A DNA stretch of 14,791 bases from an uncultured bacterium (GTDB lineage: Bacteria > CSSED10-310 > CAZUFC01): contig CAZUFC010000175.1 in the NCBI GenBank assembly GCA_964619725.1, positions 1 to 14,791 on the forward strand, given 5' to 3'. The notes under the pieces are model-generated. The model did no database searches. It worked only from the letters and a program-made list of their open reading frames with translations, and was not told where the DNA came from. Position numbers and translations under genes: made by a program. Positions 6,488 through 14,769 of this stretch are shown in pieces (positions within the stretch are counted from its first letter, which is position 1; every line of letters starts with the position of its first letter).

Positions 6488-7438
6488 TTAATGCTCCGGA
6501 AAGAGTTTCTGAGGCTGTTCAGGCCATCGTCCGCTTTCAAGCCCTTTGACTATTGATTCTGCGGCATTCTTGACGGGAATGAGCATGCAATTCGCTGCAT
6601 TTTTCAGACTCTGATTAGCGCCGTAATGGGGATCGCTGGAATTCCAGTCGATGACTATCAGTTTTCTTGATTCTCTCTGGGCGTGCCTGGCCGTAATCAT
6701 TGTCCCGCTGCTTTGTTTTCCTTCGACTATTACGGTGTATTCCGCCATGCCGCTGATGATGCGGTCTCTCTGCGCATACTTTGTTTTCGACGGTCTTGTT
6801 CCCGGGGGATATTCAGAGATGACGGCGCCGTTAAACCGGATAATGTCCCTGTAGATATGATCGTTTTTTTCCGGATCGGCCCGGTCGACGCCTCGGGCCA
6901 GCACGGCGACGGTTATGCCGCCTTTATCCAGAACGCCCTGGTGTGCGGCTGCATCAATGCCCAGGGCTAATCCGGAAACGACAGAATAGCCGGCTTCGGC
7001 CAGAGCGCTTCCTATCCGGTAAGCCGTTTCGCGTCCTTTTTCCGAGCAATCCCTGGAGCCGGACATGGCTATAAACGGTTTTTCCGGGACCGACAACGCT
7101 CCTCTGGCATAAAGCACAAAAGGCGGCCGTTTTATTTCCTTCAGCAAGGCAGGGTATTCCTCATCCGAAGGAGTCGTCACATTAAAGTTTTCATCGACCA
7201 GGTAATTGATAAGCTGCTGGAAACCGTTCAGTTTTTTCAGGTCAAAATTACGTATTTTTCTGACTGCGCCGGGCAACAGGCCCTGATCGATCAGTTCCTG
7301 TTCCTGAGCCGCAATGATGTCGGGAAAATCCCCGAAAGTATCCAGCAGCTCGAAAATTTTTTTCACGCTGATGTTGTGAATTTTGTTGAACGCCATCCAG
7401 AAGACTTTATGGTCGAAATCATTCATGTCGGTCATCAC
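6488..7438 (-). CDS. dprA: DNA-processing protein DprA/Smf (SAM + Rossmann/SLOG domains, no C-terminal winged helix)
   Basis: YPALLKEI..PPFVLYARG, IAMSGSR, VVSGLALGIDAAAH.G.L, TVAVLA.G.D, ISEYPPGT.P, QRDRIISG, IVEG...SGTMITA..A. The N-terminal W.AF..I..I...K...LLD.FG segment is SAM-like. The start may be 7438, 7435 or 7426. Confidence 0.92.
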   Translation of the reverse strand: MMTDMNDFDHKVFWMAFNKIHNISVKKIFELLDTFGDFPDIIAAQEQELIDQGLLPGAVRKIRNFDLKKLNGFQQLINYLVDENFNVTTPSDEEYPALLKEIKRPPFVLYARGALSVPEKPFIAMSGSRDCSEKGRETAYRIGSALAEAGYSVVSGLALGIDAAAHQGVLDKGGITVAVLARGVDRADPEKNDHIYRDIIRFNGAVISEYPPGTRPSKTKYAQRDRIISGMAEYTVIVEGKQSSGTMITARHAQRESRKLIVIDWNSSDPHYGANQSLKNAANCMLIPVKNAAESIVKGLESGRWPEQPQKLFPEH

Positions 7439-8615
7439 GTCCGCTGCGCTCCTTCAACTGATTCAGGAAATCATTCATGGTTTTTTCTATTTCCGCCCAT
7501 TTGTAATTACGGTTGAAATACTCATTACCCTGCCGCCCCAGCCTTTTTCTCAAGTCAGGATTCTCCGCCAGCAGCTTCAATGATTCGGCGAAATCGGCAT
7601 ATCCCCTGTAAAACAATCCGCCGTTGCTTCTTATGCACTGCCCTTTCAATACCCGACAACGGGCATCAGCCAGAACGGGTTTACTCAAAGACCACGCTTC
7701 AAGCGTAATAACGGAGAGACTCTCATACCGCGAAGGCATAACCAGGAGGTCGCATTCCGATAAGGCGCCGAATTTTTCCTGTTCGTTGAGGAAACCGAGA
7801 TGAATAATGCGGGGATGGCCGGGAATATCGATAACGTTTCTGCCTACCAGGACCAGTGTGGCATCCATACCCGTTTCCTGGAGGAACCTTTGAAAAAAGG
7901 AAAACAATCTGTCGCATCCCTTGTTCTTGTCTATTCTTCCTACATAAAGCAGAAGCGGGCCTTTTACATCATAATTTTTCCTGATGTTCAGCGGGGTTAT
8001 GCCGGACGGCGCTTCGACTCCGCTGCCGATAACCACCGAAGGAACGGAAGCGTTGTCGAAAGCGTCGACGATCAGTTCTTTTTCTTCCGGGGTAAGGTAT
8101 ACTATTCCTGCGGGCAGGGAAAAAAATTCGCGGAATATCTTCATCTGAACAGCGGCATCTTCTTCAGCGGTGGGAATGAGTATCGACTTTTGTGGGACCT
8201 TCTGCAGCCCGAAGTATGTTTGATAGTAGCGATAACAATAGAAAACGAAAAAATCGTATTTGCGGCTGTTTTTAACGATATGTCTGATAAGTTTCGGGCA
8301 GTAAGGACCGTTGGCTTTTATCCATTCCCGTTCTTCCTCCAGGGTATGAGCGTCATAGAAGACCAGATCGGACAGTGAGGAGAACCGGCGGATGTTGCGC
8401 GTCCTGCGCACTTTGAAGCGTTTGACTTTTATGCCGTTAACGACGTCCCAGCCGGGACGGTAATGATTCTTCCAATAGATGTAATCCAATGCGCATGTGG
8501 CGAAAACTTCGACTTTATGATGCGATGCCAGCCGCTCCGCCAGCCACCTGCAATGCAGTTCCGCTCCTCCGTTAACTTCCAGGCCGTATCTCTGTATGAC
8601 GAAAGCGATATTCAT
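7419..8615 (-). CDS. glycosyltransferase family 4 (GT-B) protein
   Basis: 398 aa; QRYGLEVNGGAELHCR, YVGRIDKNKG, VMPSRYESLSVITLEAW; paralog of 8712-9887. Confidence 0.93.
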   Translation of the reverse strand: MNIAFVIQRYGLEVNGGAELHCRWLAERLASHHKVEVFATCALDYIYWKNHYRPGWDVVNGIKVKRFKVRRTRNIRRFSSLSDLVFYDAHTLEEEREWIKANGPYCPKLIRHIVKNSRKYDFFVFYCYRYYQTYFGLQKVPQKSILIPTAEEDAAVQMKIFREFFSLPAGIVYLTPEEKELIVDAFDNASVPSVVIGSGVEAPSGITPLNIRKNYDVKGPLLLYVGRIDKNKGCDRLFSFFQRFLQETGMDATLVLVGRNVIDIPGHPRIIHLGFLNEQEKFGALSECDLLVMPSRYESLSVITLEAWSLSKPVLADARCRVLKGQCIRSNGGLFYRGYADFAESLKLLAENPDLRKRLGRQGNEYFNRNYKWAEIEKTMNDFLNQLKERSGRDDRHE

Positions 8616-8711
8616 GGTTAATCGTCAAGTCTGCTTTTCAAGGAAAATTCAGCGATTATGTTCATGATGTGAGGGAGATATTGCGGCATCGCAGTCTTTC
8701 CCTTTCGTCGG

Positions 8712-9887
8712 TCAGTTGCTTTGAACGACGAGCTGCAGCAATCGTTCGTATTTATCCATGATTACATTCCAGGAATAGTTTTTCAGGAAATATTCCCTGC
8801 CGGCTTCGCCCATGCGGTCGGCCAGTTCCTTGTTGTTCAAAAGCAGACTGAGCGTTTCCTCGAATTCTTCATAGGTTCGATAGTATAAACCGCCGGAGCT
8901 TCTGACGACCTGGCCGCGCAACACTTCACAATTTCCGTTGACCAGCACGGGGCGTCCCGTCATCCAGGCTTCCAGCAGAACCATGGAAAGACTTTCATAC
9001 CGCGACGGCATCACCAGCAGTTCGGATGCGGCTACGGCCCCCATCTTTTCCTCTTCCGTTACGACGCCCAGTGGAATGATGCTGACCTGCTCCTGGACAT
9101 CAAGCTTGTTTTTGCCGATCAGCGCCAGGTTAAGACTCCGGCCCCGCTCGGAAATAAAACGATTGAAGTAATCGATCAGTTCCAGACATCCCTTTTCTCT
9201 TTCAATACGACCGACGTAACAGATATAGGGACCCAAAAGGTCGAGTTTTTTCCTGATGTGGGCCCCGGAAATTCTGGAAGGCTCTTCAATACCCACTCCA
9301 ACCACATCTCCCTGCACCTTATCGTTTTCCGTTATTCGATTTATCATATCCCGCTCTTCAATCGAATTGTAGACTATTGCCCGGGGCAAATGGAAAAAAT
9401 CCTTAAAAAGCCTTAAGTAGATCGCCCGGTCATGTTCCGCTGTCGGCACAAGCAGGCTTTTATGCGGCGCGGTCTGCAAGCCGTAATAGGTCGTCCAGTA
9501 GCGATAACAGAAAAATATCAGCGCATCGTATTTTTCATGGTTCTTCTGCAGGTATTCGATCAGTCCGGGAGTATAAGGCCCGTGCATTTCCATCCACAGT
9601 TTTTCCTCAAAGTCCGTATGCCTTTGGAAGCACACCTTGTTGGACAATTCCTGGAATTCATCCTCATTCCGTCTCTTTTCCACCGTGAAACGCCGCACCG
9701 GTATGCCGTTTACGTTGTCCTGTCCGGGTTTATACTCATTTTCCCAGTTCAAATACTCAAGCGCCGTCGTGGTGATGACTTCCACCTCATGCCGTTTCGA
9801 TAAATGTTCCGCTACCCAACGGCAGTGAAGTTCAGCTCCGCCTACCACTTCTTTTCCGTATCTTTGAACGATGAACGCTACTTGCAT
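8712..9887 (-). CDS. glycosyltransferase family 4 (GT-B) protein
   Basis: 391 aa; QRYGKEVVGGAELHCR, YVGRIEREKG, VMPSRYESLSMVLLEAW. Confidence 0.93.
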   Translation of the reverse strand: MQVAFIVQRYGKEVVGGAELHCRWVAEHLSKRHEVEVITTTALEYLNWENEYKPGQDNVNGIPVRRFTVEKRRNEDEFQELSNKVCFQRHTDFEEKLWMEMHGPYTPGLIEYLQKNHEKYDALIFFCYRYWTTYYGLQTAPHKSLLVPTAEHDRAIYLRLFKDFFHLPRAIVYNSIEERDMINRITENDKVQGDVVGVGIEEPSRISGAHIRKKLDLLGPYICYVGRIEREKGCLELIDYFNRFISERGRSLNLALIGKNKLDVQEQVSIIPLGVVTEEEKMGAVAASELLVMPSRYESLSMVLLEAWMTGRPVLVNGNCEVLRGQVVRSSGGLYYRTYEEFEETLSLLLNNKELADRMGEAGREYFLKNYSWNVIMDKYERLLQLVVQSN

Positions 9888-9926
9888 GACAGCACGAATC
9901 CGGCAGTTCCTCTTAATATTACAGCT

Positions 9927-10472
9927 TCATTGCTTTTTCGGCTCTTCGGGGGATTCATCCTCCCGCTCTTTAAACTGCACCATTTTTTCCAGCGTTTTTT
10001 CCCGTCTCTGCAGCATATCCTTTTCCCGTTCCAGCAGGTCGATCCGGTTTTTCAGCGTGGTCGTCCGAATCTGCAGCCGGGTCATTTCCCGTATCGTATT
10101 GTGCAGCAAATGAACGAAATATTGATTCAGTTGCGCCTGCCTGGAAACGGGCTGATCAGTGTAAAGACGCACCAGCGGACGCACCAGCTTTTTCGCCAGA
10201 ACGATCAGTCTGCCTTTGATGCCTTTGCGATGAGTCTTAATGCGGTAATCCGTCGAAATGTTCCAGGCATGACTCGGCGACAGCAGTTTATTCAAAAGTT
10301 GAGCGTCAATTTCCGCTTCGTCGGCGAAAGTCTCCAGCTTCAGCCTGGACATCTCCTCCACTTCTTCATCAGTGTAGATGCCCTGCTCCCTTTTGCGCTG
10401 GATGTTCTCCCGAATTTTCTTCATTATATCAACGACGTTGATCTCATCGTCGTTTATGGTGAACAAGTCCAT
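9927..10472 (-). CDS. hypothetical helical/coiled-coil protein associated with the glycosyltransferase cluster
   Basis: 181 aa; strong RBS (GGAGG...AAGGA); co-oriented with the GT genes; C-terminal heptad-like stretch (MTRLQIRTTTLKNRIDLLEREKDMLQRREKTLEKM). Confidence 0.8.
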   Translation of the reverse strand: MDLFTINDDEINVVDIMKKIRENIQRKREQGIYTDEEVEEMSRLKLETFADEAEIDAQLLNKLLSPSHAWNISTDYRIKTHRKGIKGRLIVLAKKLVRPLVRLYTDQPVSRQAQLNQYFVHLLHNTIREMTRLQIRTTTLKNRIDLLEREKDMLQRREKTLEKMVQFKEREDESPEEPKKQ

Positions 10473-10541
10473 AGAATCCTTAACCTCCGGAAAAAAGACA
10501 AGGCTGCTCCCATCCTATTATTAATCCTTCGTCAGTTCAAT

Positions 10542-10604
10542 CGAAAAATGGGCGTCGATCAAAAATGCGTTTTGATCAGTCCCGAAAAATGGGCGTCGAT
10601 CAAA
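10542..10604. repeat. 22-bp direct repeat with a nested GATCAAAA/TTTTGATC inverted repeat
   Basis: CGAAAAATGGGCGTCGATCAAA occurs at 10542-10563 and 10583-10604; GGGCGTCGATCAAAA-ATGCG-TTTTGATCAGTCCC forms a hairpin at 10550-10583. Confidence 0.9.
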
Positions 10605-10622
10605 TGCAGGCTTCCAGAGACG

Positions 10623-12413
10623 TCAAAGGAGACCGGAGTCATTCGATTCCTCATTCAGGTTCTGCAGGTATTCAAGTCTTCTGCGCGCTTTCATCAGCAG
10701 TTCGTCCGAAGCGACATTTTCAATTATTCTATTGTATTCTCCCACCGCTTTCTGATGCCGGCCTACGGCTTCGAGTTGCCGCCCCAGCCTGTAAGCTGCG
10801 GTCCCCAATTCATTCAACCGGGCTTTAACGTCTGGAATGAATTCGTCGTCGGGCCATTTTTGCATGTAATCTTTGCCCTCTTCCATGGAATCGAAGCTTT
10901 TCACAAGCTCAGGCAGCTTTTCATCTACCAGACTTCTTAAGTCTTCATCCTCCGCCTCCTCCATAATCAACCGGCATACGGAAGGGTCGGTCAGTTTCGG
11001 GGCCATCATGGACAGCCTTTCCAAACTTTTTTGTCGCCAGGGATTCTCTTTTTCCTTATGCGGGCATTTCAGGAACATCTCCGCAGCCTCGGAGTTCTGT
11101 TCCTTCAGTCTATAGCTTTCGCCCAGCTTGTAATATACTTCATAACGATGTTCGCTTTCCGGGAAATTATCCAGAAAACGTTCCAATATTTCCGTATCGA
11201 GAGCGCCCTCCTCAATGCTTTTAATATAACCGTCAAGCAAGACAGCCTTTTCGTTTTTAAGCTGTGTCATCTGTTTCTGCAATTTGTCCAATTCTTCGGC
11301 GCTTTCTTCCTGTTCTTCGATAGTTTCCAGCACGGATGCATATTCTTCTATTATTTTTCCATAATTACGCAGGAATGGACTTTTCTTTTGTATAATATGC
11401 AATTGATGATCGAAGAACCTGACATGAGCTGCCGGCGCGAAAGGGGAACCGGGAGCGAGATTCAGTGCAGATTTAAGTAGGAAGAGTGATTGCGGCGTTT
11501 CCCGGTTGTTTTTCCTGTATTTTTCTGAAAGGAAAAGAAGCCATTGCTGCAGTTGATGGATACGTTTTTCGGATAATTGCTGAATATTGACTTTTGGGGC
11601 GGCTTTTAGACGCGCTTCAGCGCTGATCAGGCGTTCTTTAAAATAGGGATGGGTACGCCAGTAACTCATTCCGGGCGCTTCATGAATCCTGTCGTGCAGC
11701 TTCTGCAAAAGACCGACGCCGGCTTCGGGGCTGTATCCCGCGGAGACAGCCAGGTCGAAACCCATGTCGTCGGCTTCTTTTTCGTATTCACGGCTGAAAC
11801 CTCTCTGCAGCAGGTCCTGAAGAATCTGACCGAAGGCCATGGTACCCATAAAGGCGGCTGATTTGCCCTCCAGTCCCTGTTGCGGACGATTCAACGGAAC
11901 GGCGGGATCGCCCACGCGATGCCCCGAATCATCACTCATACCCAGCAATATGCCCACAAGCAGAGCCTGGTGCAGGGCCGTCAGCAGTCCCGCTTTCCGG
12001 TTCATTTTAACGCTGTGCTTGTATATCACATGGGCCATTTCATGACCCAGAAGATGCGCCATTTCATCGTCCGTAAGTCCTATTTTAAGCATCCCTCTGG
12101 TCACGAAGATCATGCCGCCCGGTAAAGCGAATGCATTAGGCTCCTGCATTCCCGCAATATTAAAAATAAACGGAAATTCATAATCGCATGCTGAAACCAG
12201 GCTGTTTCCAATATTTATGATCTTCTCCAATTCTTCACGGTCGACTTCGCCTTCGTAAGCCTGCATAACTGCGACGGAAACTTCCAGCGACTCGTCGAAC
12301 ATCCCCGGTAATGAAGGATAATCGTCTTTCGCATCCGTTTTCGCATAAACGGCGGCCGCTGCAGAAAGCATCAGAAAAAATATTATCGCTTTTTGCATCG
12401 CTTGCTTTATCAT
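10623..12413 (-). CDS. secreted M48-family zinc metalloprotease with C-terminal TPR-like region (BepA/YfgC-like architecture)
   Basis: PNAFALPGG.IFVTRG, LGHEMAH (HExxH), SREYEKEAD, THP...ER. It has a signal peptide (KAIIFFLMLSAAAAVYA) and TPR-like helices (YYKLGESY, AAYRLG...A..EY..I). Start placed at ATG 12413 downstream of AAGGAG; 12455 is the longest ORF. Confidence 0.88.
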   Translation of the reverse strand: MIKQAMQKAIIFFLMLSAAAAVYAKTDAKDDYPSLPGMFDESLEVSVAVMQAYEGEVDREELEKIINIGNSLVSACDYEFPFIFNIAGMQEPNAFALPGGMIFVTRGMLKIGLTDDEMAHLLGHEMAHVIYKHSVKMNRKAGLLTALHQALLVGILLGMSDDSGHRVGDPAVPLNRPQQGLEGKSAAFMGTMAFGQILQDLLQRGFSREYEKEADDMGFDLAVSAGYSPEAGVGLLQKLHDRIHEAPGMSYWRTHPYFKERLISAEARLKAAPKVNIQQLSEKRIHQLQQWLLFLSEKYRKNNRETPQSLFLLKSALNLAPGSPFAPAAHVRFFDHQLHIIQKKSPFLRNYGKIIEEYASVLETIEEQEESAEELDKLQKQMTQLKNEKAVLLDGYIKSIEEGALDTEILERFLDNFPESEHRYEVYYKLGESYRLKEQNSEAAEMFLKCPHKEKENPWRQKSLERLSMMAPKLTDPSVCRLIMEEAEDEDLRSLVDEKLPELVKSFDSMEEGKDYMQKWPDDEFIPDVKARLNELGTAAYRLGRQLEAVGRHQKAVGEYNRIIENVASDELLMKARRRLEYLQNLNEESNDSGLL

Positions 12414-12494
12414 TTTTTCGGACCGACTCCTTTCACAAGAGAGTTCCGGTGTCATTTATATCATACTTTGTCTTTTTAGACGATGTAAATGGGA

Positions 12495-12535
12495 CCTCAC
12501 CCCCCGGCCCCCTCTCCATGAATGGCGAGGGGGAG
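12495..12535 (+). repeat. REP-like extragenic palindrome of the CCTCACCCCC.GCCCCTCTCC...GGAGAGGGG type
   Basis: CCTCACCCCCCGGCCCCCTCTCCA-TGAA-TGGCGAGGGGGAG: an 11-bp stem with one mismatch, GC-rich within an AT-rich intergenic region. Confidence 0.7.
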
Positions 12536-12638
12536 TAAGATTGGGTTATTTTTTAGCGGGTTAGGGGATTTCAATCAGTCAAATATTTTATTAAAAAGCG
12601 TCACCCCTTTATGATCAATGTCACTTTTTGTCGGGTTA

Positions 12639-12667
12639 TTGAATAGCGGACATAAAATGCGTAGGAT
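12639..12667 (+). promoter_or_regulatory. candidate sigma70 promoter for queC
   Basis: TTGAAT-N17-TAGGAT, about 95 nt upstream of the queC ATG. Confidence 0.35.
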
Positions 12668-12760
12668 AATTTTTCCGGGAGTCTTTTTTATCGTTGAAAG
12701 ACTGATAGGAATGATTTCTCTTCACTTTGCCTTAACTTTATTTGAAATGGAGATTCCGTA

Positions 12761-13456
12761 ATGCGAAAAGATGCTTTGATACTCACAAGCGGGGGACTCG
12801 ATTCGACTACCTGCCTGGCTATGGCTGCGGACGAAGGTTACAAGCTTTATTCTTTGACTTTCGATTACGGGCAGCGACATCGCATAGAACTGGAAAAAAC
12901 CCGGTTGATTGCTGAATATTTTGACGTTCAGAAGCATCTGGTTATAAAATTCGATATGAGGCTGATCGGCGGCTCTGTATTGACCGGTCCGGGAACGGTT
13001 CCGGTCTGCGAAAAGGAAGATGACAGTCATGACGAAATTCCCTCGACATATGTACCGGCCAGGAACCTTATTTTCCTCTCTTTTGGATTGGCCTGGGCTG
13101 AAACGCTGAATATTCAGGATATTTTTATCGGAGTGAATGCTGTCGATTACAGCGGTTATCCCGACTGCAGACCGGAATTCGTCTCATCTTTTGAAAAAAC
13201 GGCTAACTTGGCGCTGAAAGATGCGGTCGAGAACAGAATAAAAATCAGAATCCATACGCCGCTGATGTATATGAGTAAAGCGGAAATAATCAAAACCGGT
13301 ACGGCATTAGGCGTCGATTACGGCATGACGCATTCCTGCTACGATCCTTCCGAAAAGGGTAAATCTTGCGGCGTGTGCGACAGTTGCCGGTTGCGGCTGA
13401 AGGGTTTTCGCGATGCCGGGATGACTGATCCTGTTGAATATGTGGAAAAGGTATGA
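12761..13456 (+). CDS. queC: 7-cyano-7-deazaguanine synthase QueC
   Basis: SGGLDSTT PP-loop, FDYGQRH, TYVPARNLIFLS, DYSGYPDCR and the zinc motif SCY...CGVCDSC.LR; RBS GGAG. Confidence 0.97.
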   Translation: MRKDALILTSGGLDSTTCLAMAADEGYKLYSLTFDYGQRHRIELEKTRLIAEYFDVQKHLVIKFDMRLIGGSVLTGPGTVPVCEKEDDSHDEIPSTYVPARNLIFLSFGLAWAETLNIQDIFIGVNAVDYSGYPDCRPEFVSSFEKTANLALKDAVENRIKIRIHTPLMYMSKAEIIKTGTALGVDYGMTHSCYDPSEKGKSCGVCDSCRLRLKGFRDAGMTDPVEYVEKV

Positions 13457-13508
13457 TCTTATGGTGTAAACTAAAACGGGATATAGCCGTAAAAGGAAGG
13501 AATCCGCC

Positions 13509-14354
13509 GTGCTTGGAAATTGGTCAGAAAGAGAAGTAAAACTCATCGTTGAGGATTACTTCTCCATGCTGATTCAAGAAATCCAGGGCCATCCTTATAA
13601 TAAATCGGCCCATCGCAGAATATTACGGAAAAAGTTGAATAGCAGGTCGGAAAGTTCAATTGAAAGAAAGCATCAGAATATAAGCGCAGTTTTGATAGAA
13701 ATGGGAATTCCTTACATTTCCGGATACAAGCCGTTAAAAAATTATCAGCGTTACCGCCTGCCGCCGGCAATATTAGATTTTATCAGTGAAAATCCTGAAG
13801 TCGACGAAGCGCTTGCCAGTGATGCAGAAAAAGCATCAACGCCATTGAATATAGAAGATATCCTGTCAATTCTTTCTAACCCGCCGGAAAAAAGAGAATT
13901 TCCCGGAATTCAGCTACGTGATGAAAGGGTTGGTTATGGAGTCAGAAATATCGATTATATTGCGATTGAAGCAGCCAACCAGAAACTTGGGTTTTTAGGT
14001 GAAAAGTTTGTTTTAGAGTTTGAACGGGCAAGGCTGATGAACTGCGGCAAGAGCGCCCTGGCTGATAAAATTGAGCAGGTTTCAGTAACGAAGGGGGATT
14101 CCGCGGGTTATGATATTCATTCGTATGAGGTAAACGGAGTCGATCGATTCATTGAAGTGAAAACCACGAAATACGGCAAACAGACGCCTTTCTTCTTGAC
14201 CGTCAATGAACTTAACTTTTCCAGGAAAAAACGGCAATCATACCGTCTGTATCGAGTTTTCGAATTTCGCCGCAATCCTCATTTATTTATGAAGCCAGGA
14301 GCGCTGGATGATAATTTTCAAATTGCGCCCGTGCAATATATGGCAAGATTATAA
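13509..14354 (+). CDS. DUF3883 (NOV C-terminal) domain PD-(D/E)xK endonuclease, restriction-like
   Basis: N-terminal W...E....V.DYF.ML...YNK..H...RS..SIE.K.QNISAVL. C-terminal LG..GE.FV..FE, GD.AGYDI.S, FIEVKTT, F.LT.NE..F, Y.LYRV..F. GTG start after AAGGAAGG. Confidence 0.88.
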   Translation: MLGNWSEREVKLIVEDYFSMLIQEIQGHPYNKSAHRRILRKKLNSRSESSIERKHQNISAVLIEMGIPYISGYKPLKNYQRYRLPPAILDFISENPEVDEALASDAEKASTPLNIEDILSILSNPPEKREFPGIQLRDERVGYGVRNIDYIAIEAANQKLGFLGEKFVLEFERARLMNCGKSALADKIEQVSVTKGDSAGYDIHSYEVNGVDRFIEVKTTKYGKQTPFFLTVNELNFSRKKRQSYRLYRVFEFRRNPHLFMKPGALDDNFQIAPVQYMARL

Positions 14355-14457
14355 CATTTTTGGATGGTTCTGATACCGTGAATGTATCTGCCGATGGAAG
14401 ATACATCCGTTTTCGACGGATAGTTTACTTATGGATTTTGTTCAAGCTGAATGAAAT

Positions 14458-14550
14458 GCGGCAGGATGCAGCGTCTGCATTCAGAAAAACAATTTTTATT
14501 ATATCCCAATACAAATCAAAGAAGTAAAAGTAGAAGCGGCATCCTGCCGT
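14458..14550. repeat. inverted pair of GTAG-type REP-like palindromes
   Basis: GTAGAAGCGGCATCCTGCCGT (14530-14550) and the reverse complement of 14458-14478 (GCAGACGCTGCATCCTGCCGC) match at 17 of 21 positions. Each carries a GCGGCA-TCC-TGCCGC-type hairpin. Confidence 0.75.
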
Positions 14551-14754
14551 TTTCCCGGAGCGCTTTCAATAACCGATAACGAAAATATGATTCCGCATTT
14601 CTCAATGAATGAATCCATCCCTTTTTCAGCTTTTTATGCTCATTTCCAGCCGCTGCGACCCAAACTAATCAGAGCGGCAACCGGCAGAATAAGAAGTTAC
14701 GGATAATCGTCAATTTGAGCTATTGATTGAGGTAAACGCTTTTCATTTCTGTTC

Positions 14755-14769
14755 AACCCTTTCAGGGTT
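14755..14769. repeat. AACCCT-TTC-AGGGTT hairpin; probable start of another REP-like element running off the window
   Basis: Perfect 6-bp stem. On the minus strand it reads AACCC-TGAAA-GGGTT (GAAA-type loop). Confidence 0.45.

Noticed and set aside
8672..8703. Intrinsic terminator between the first two GT4 genes
   Set aside because: The hairpin pairs poorly on the transcribed (minus) strand and has no U-tract.
10542..10604. Mini CRISPR array
   Set aside because: Only two 22-bp repeats with a 19-bp spacer that is itself part of the palindrome family; no cas genes.
9804..10940. 378-aa plus-strand ORF
   Set aside because: Antisense to three well-supported minus-strand genes, crosses an intergenic repeat, and has no recognisable motifs.
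12668..12760. preQ1 riboswitch upstream of queC
   Set aside because: There is an AGTCTTT/AAAGACT hairpin, but no preQ1-type loop motif or 3' A-rich tail is visible.
117..13770. Remaining short ORFs in the track overlapping called genes (e.g. 989-1573, 852-1274, 5680-6159, 7800-8378, 11031-11480)
   Set aside because: Antisense or alternate-frame shadows of confidently assigned genes, with no motifs or RBS support.
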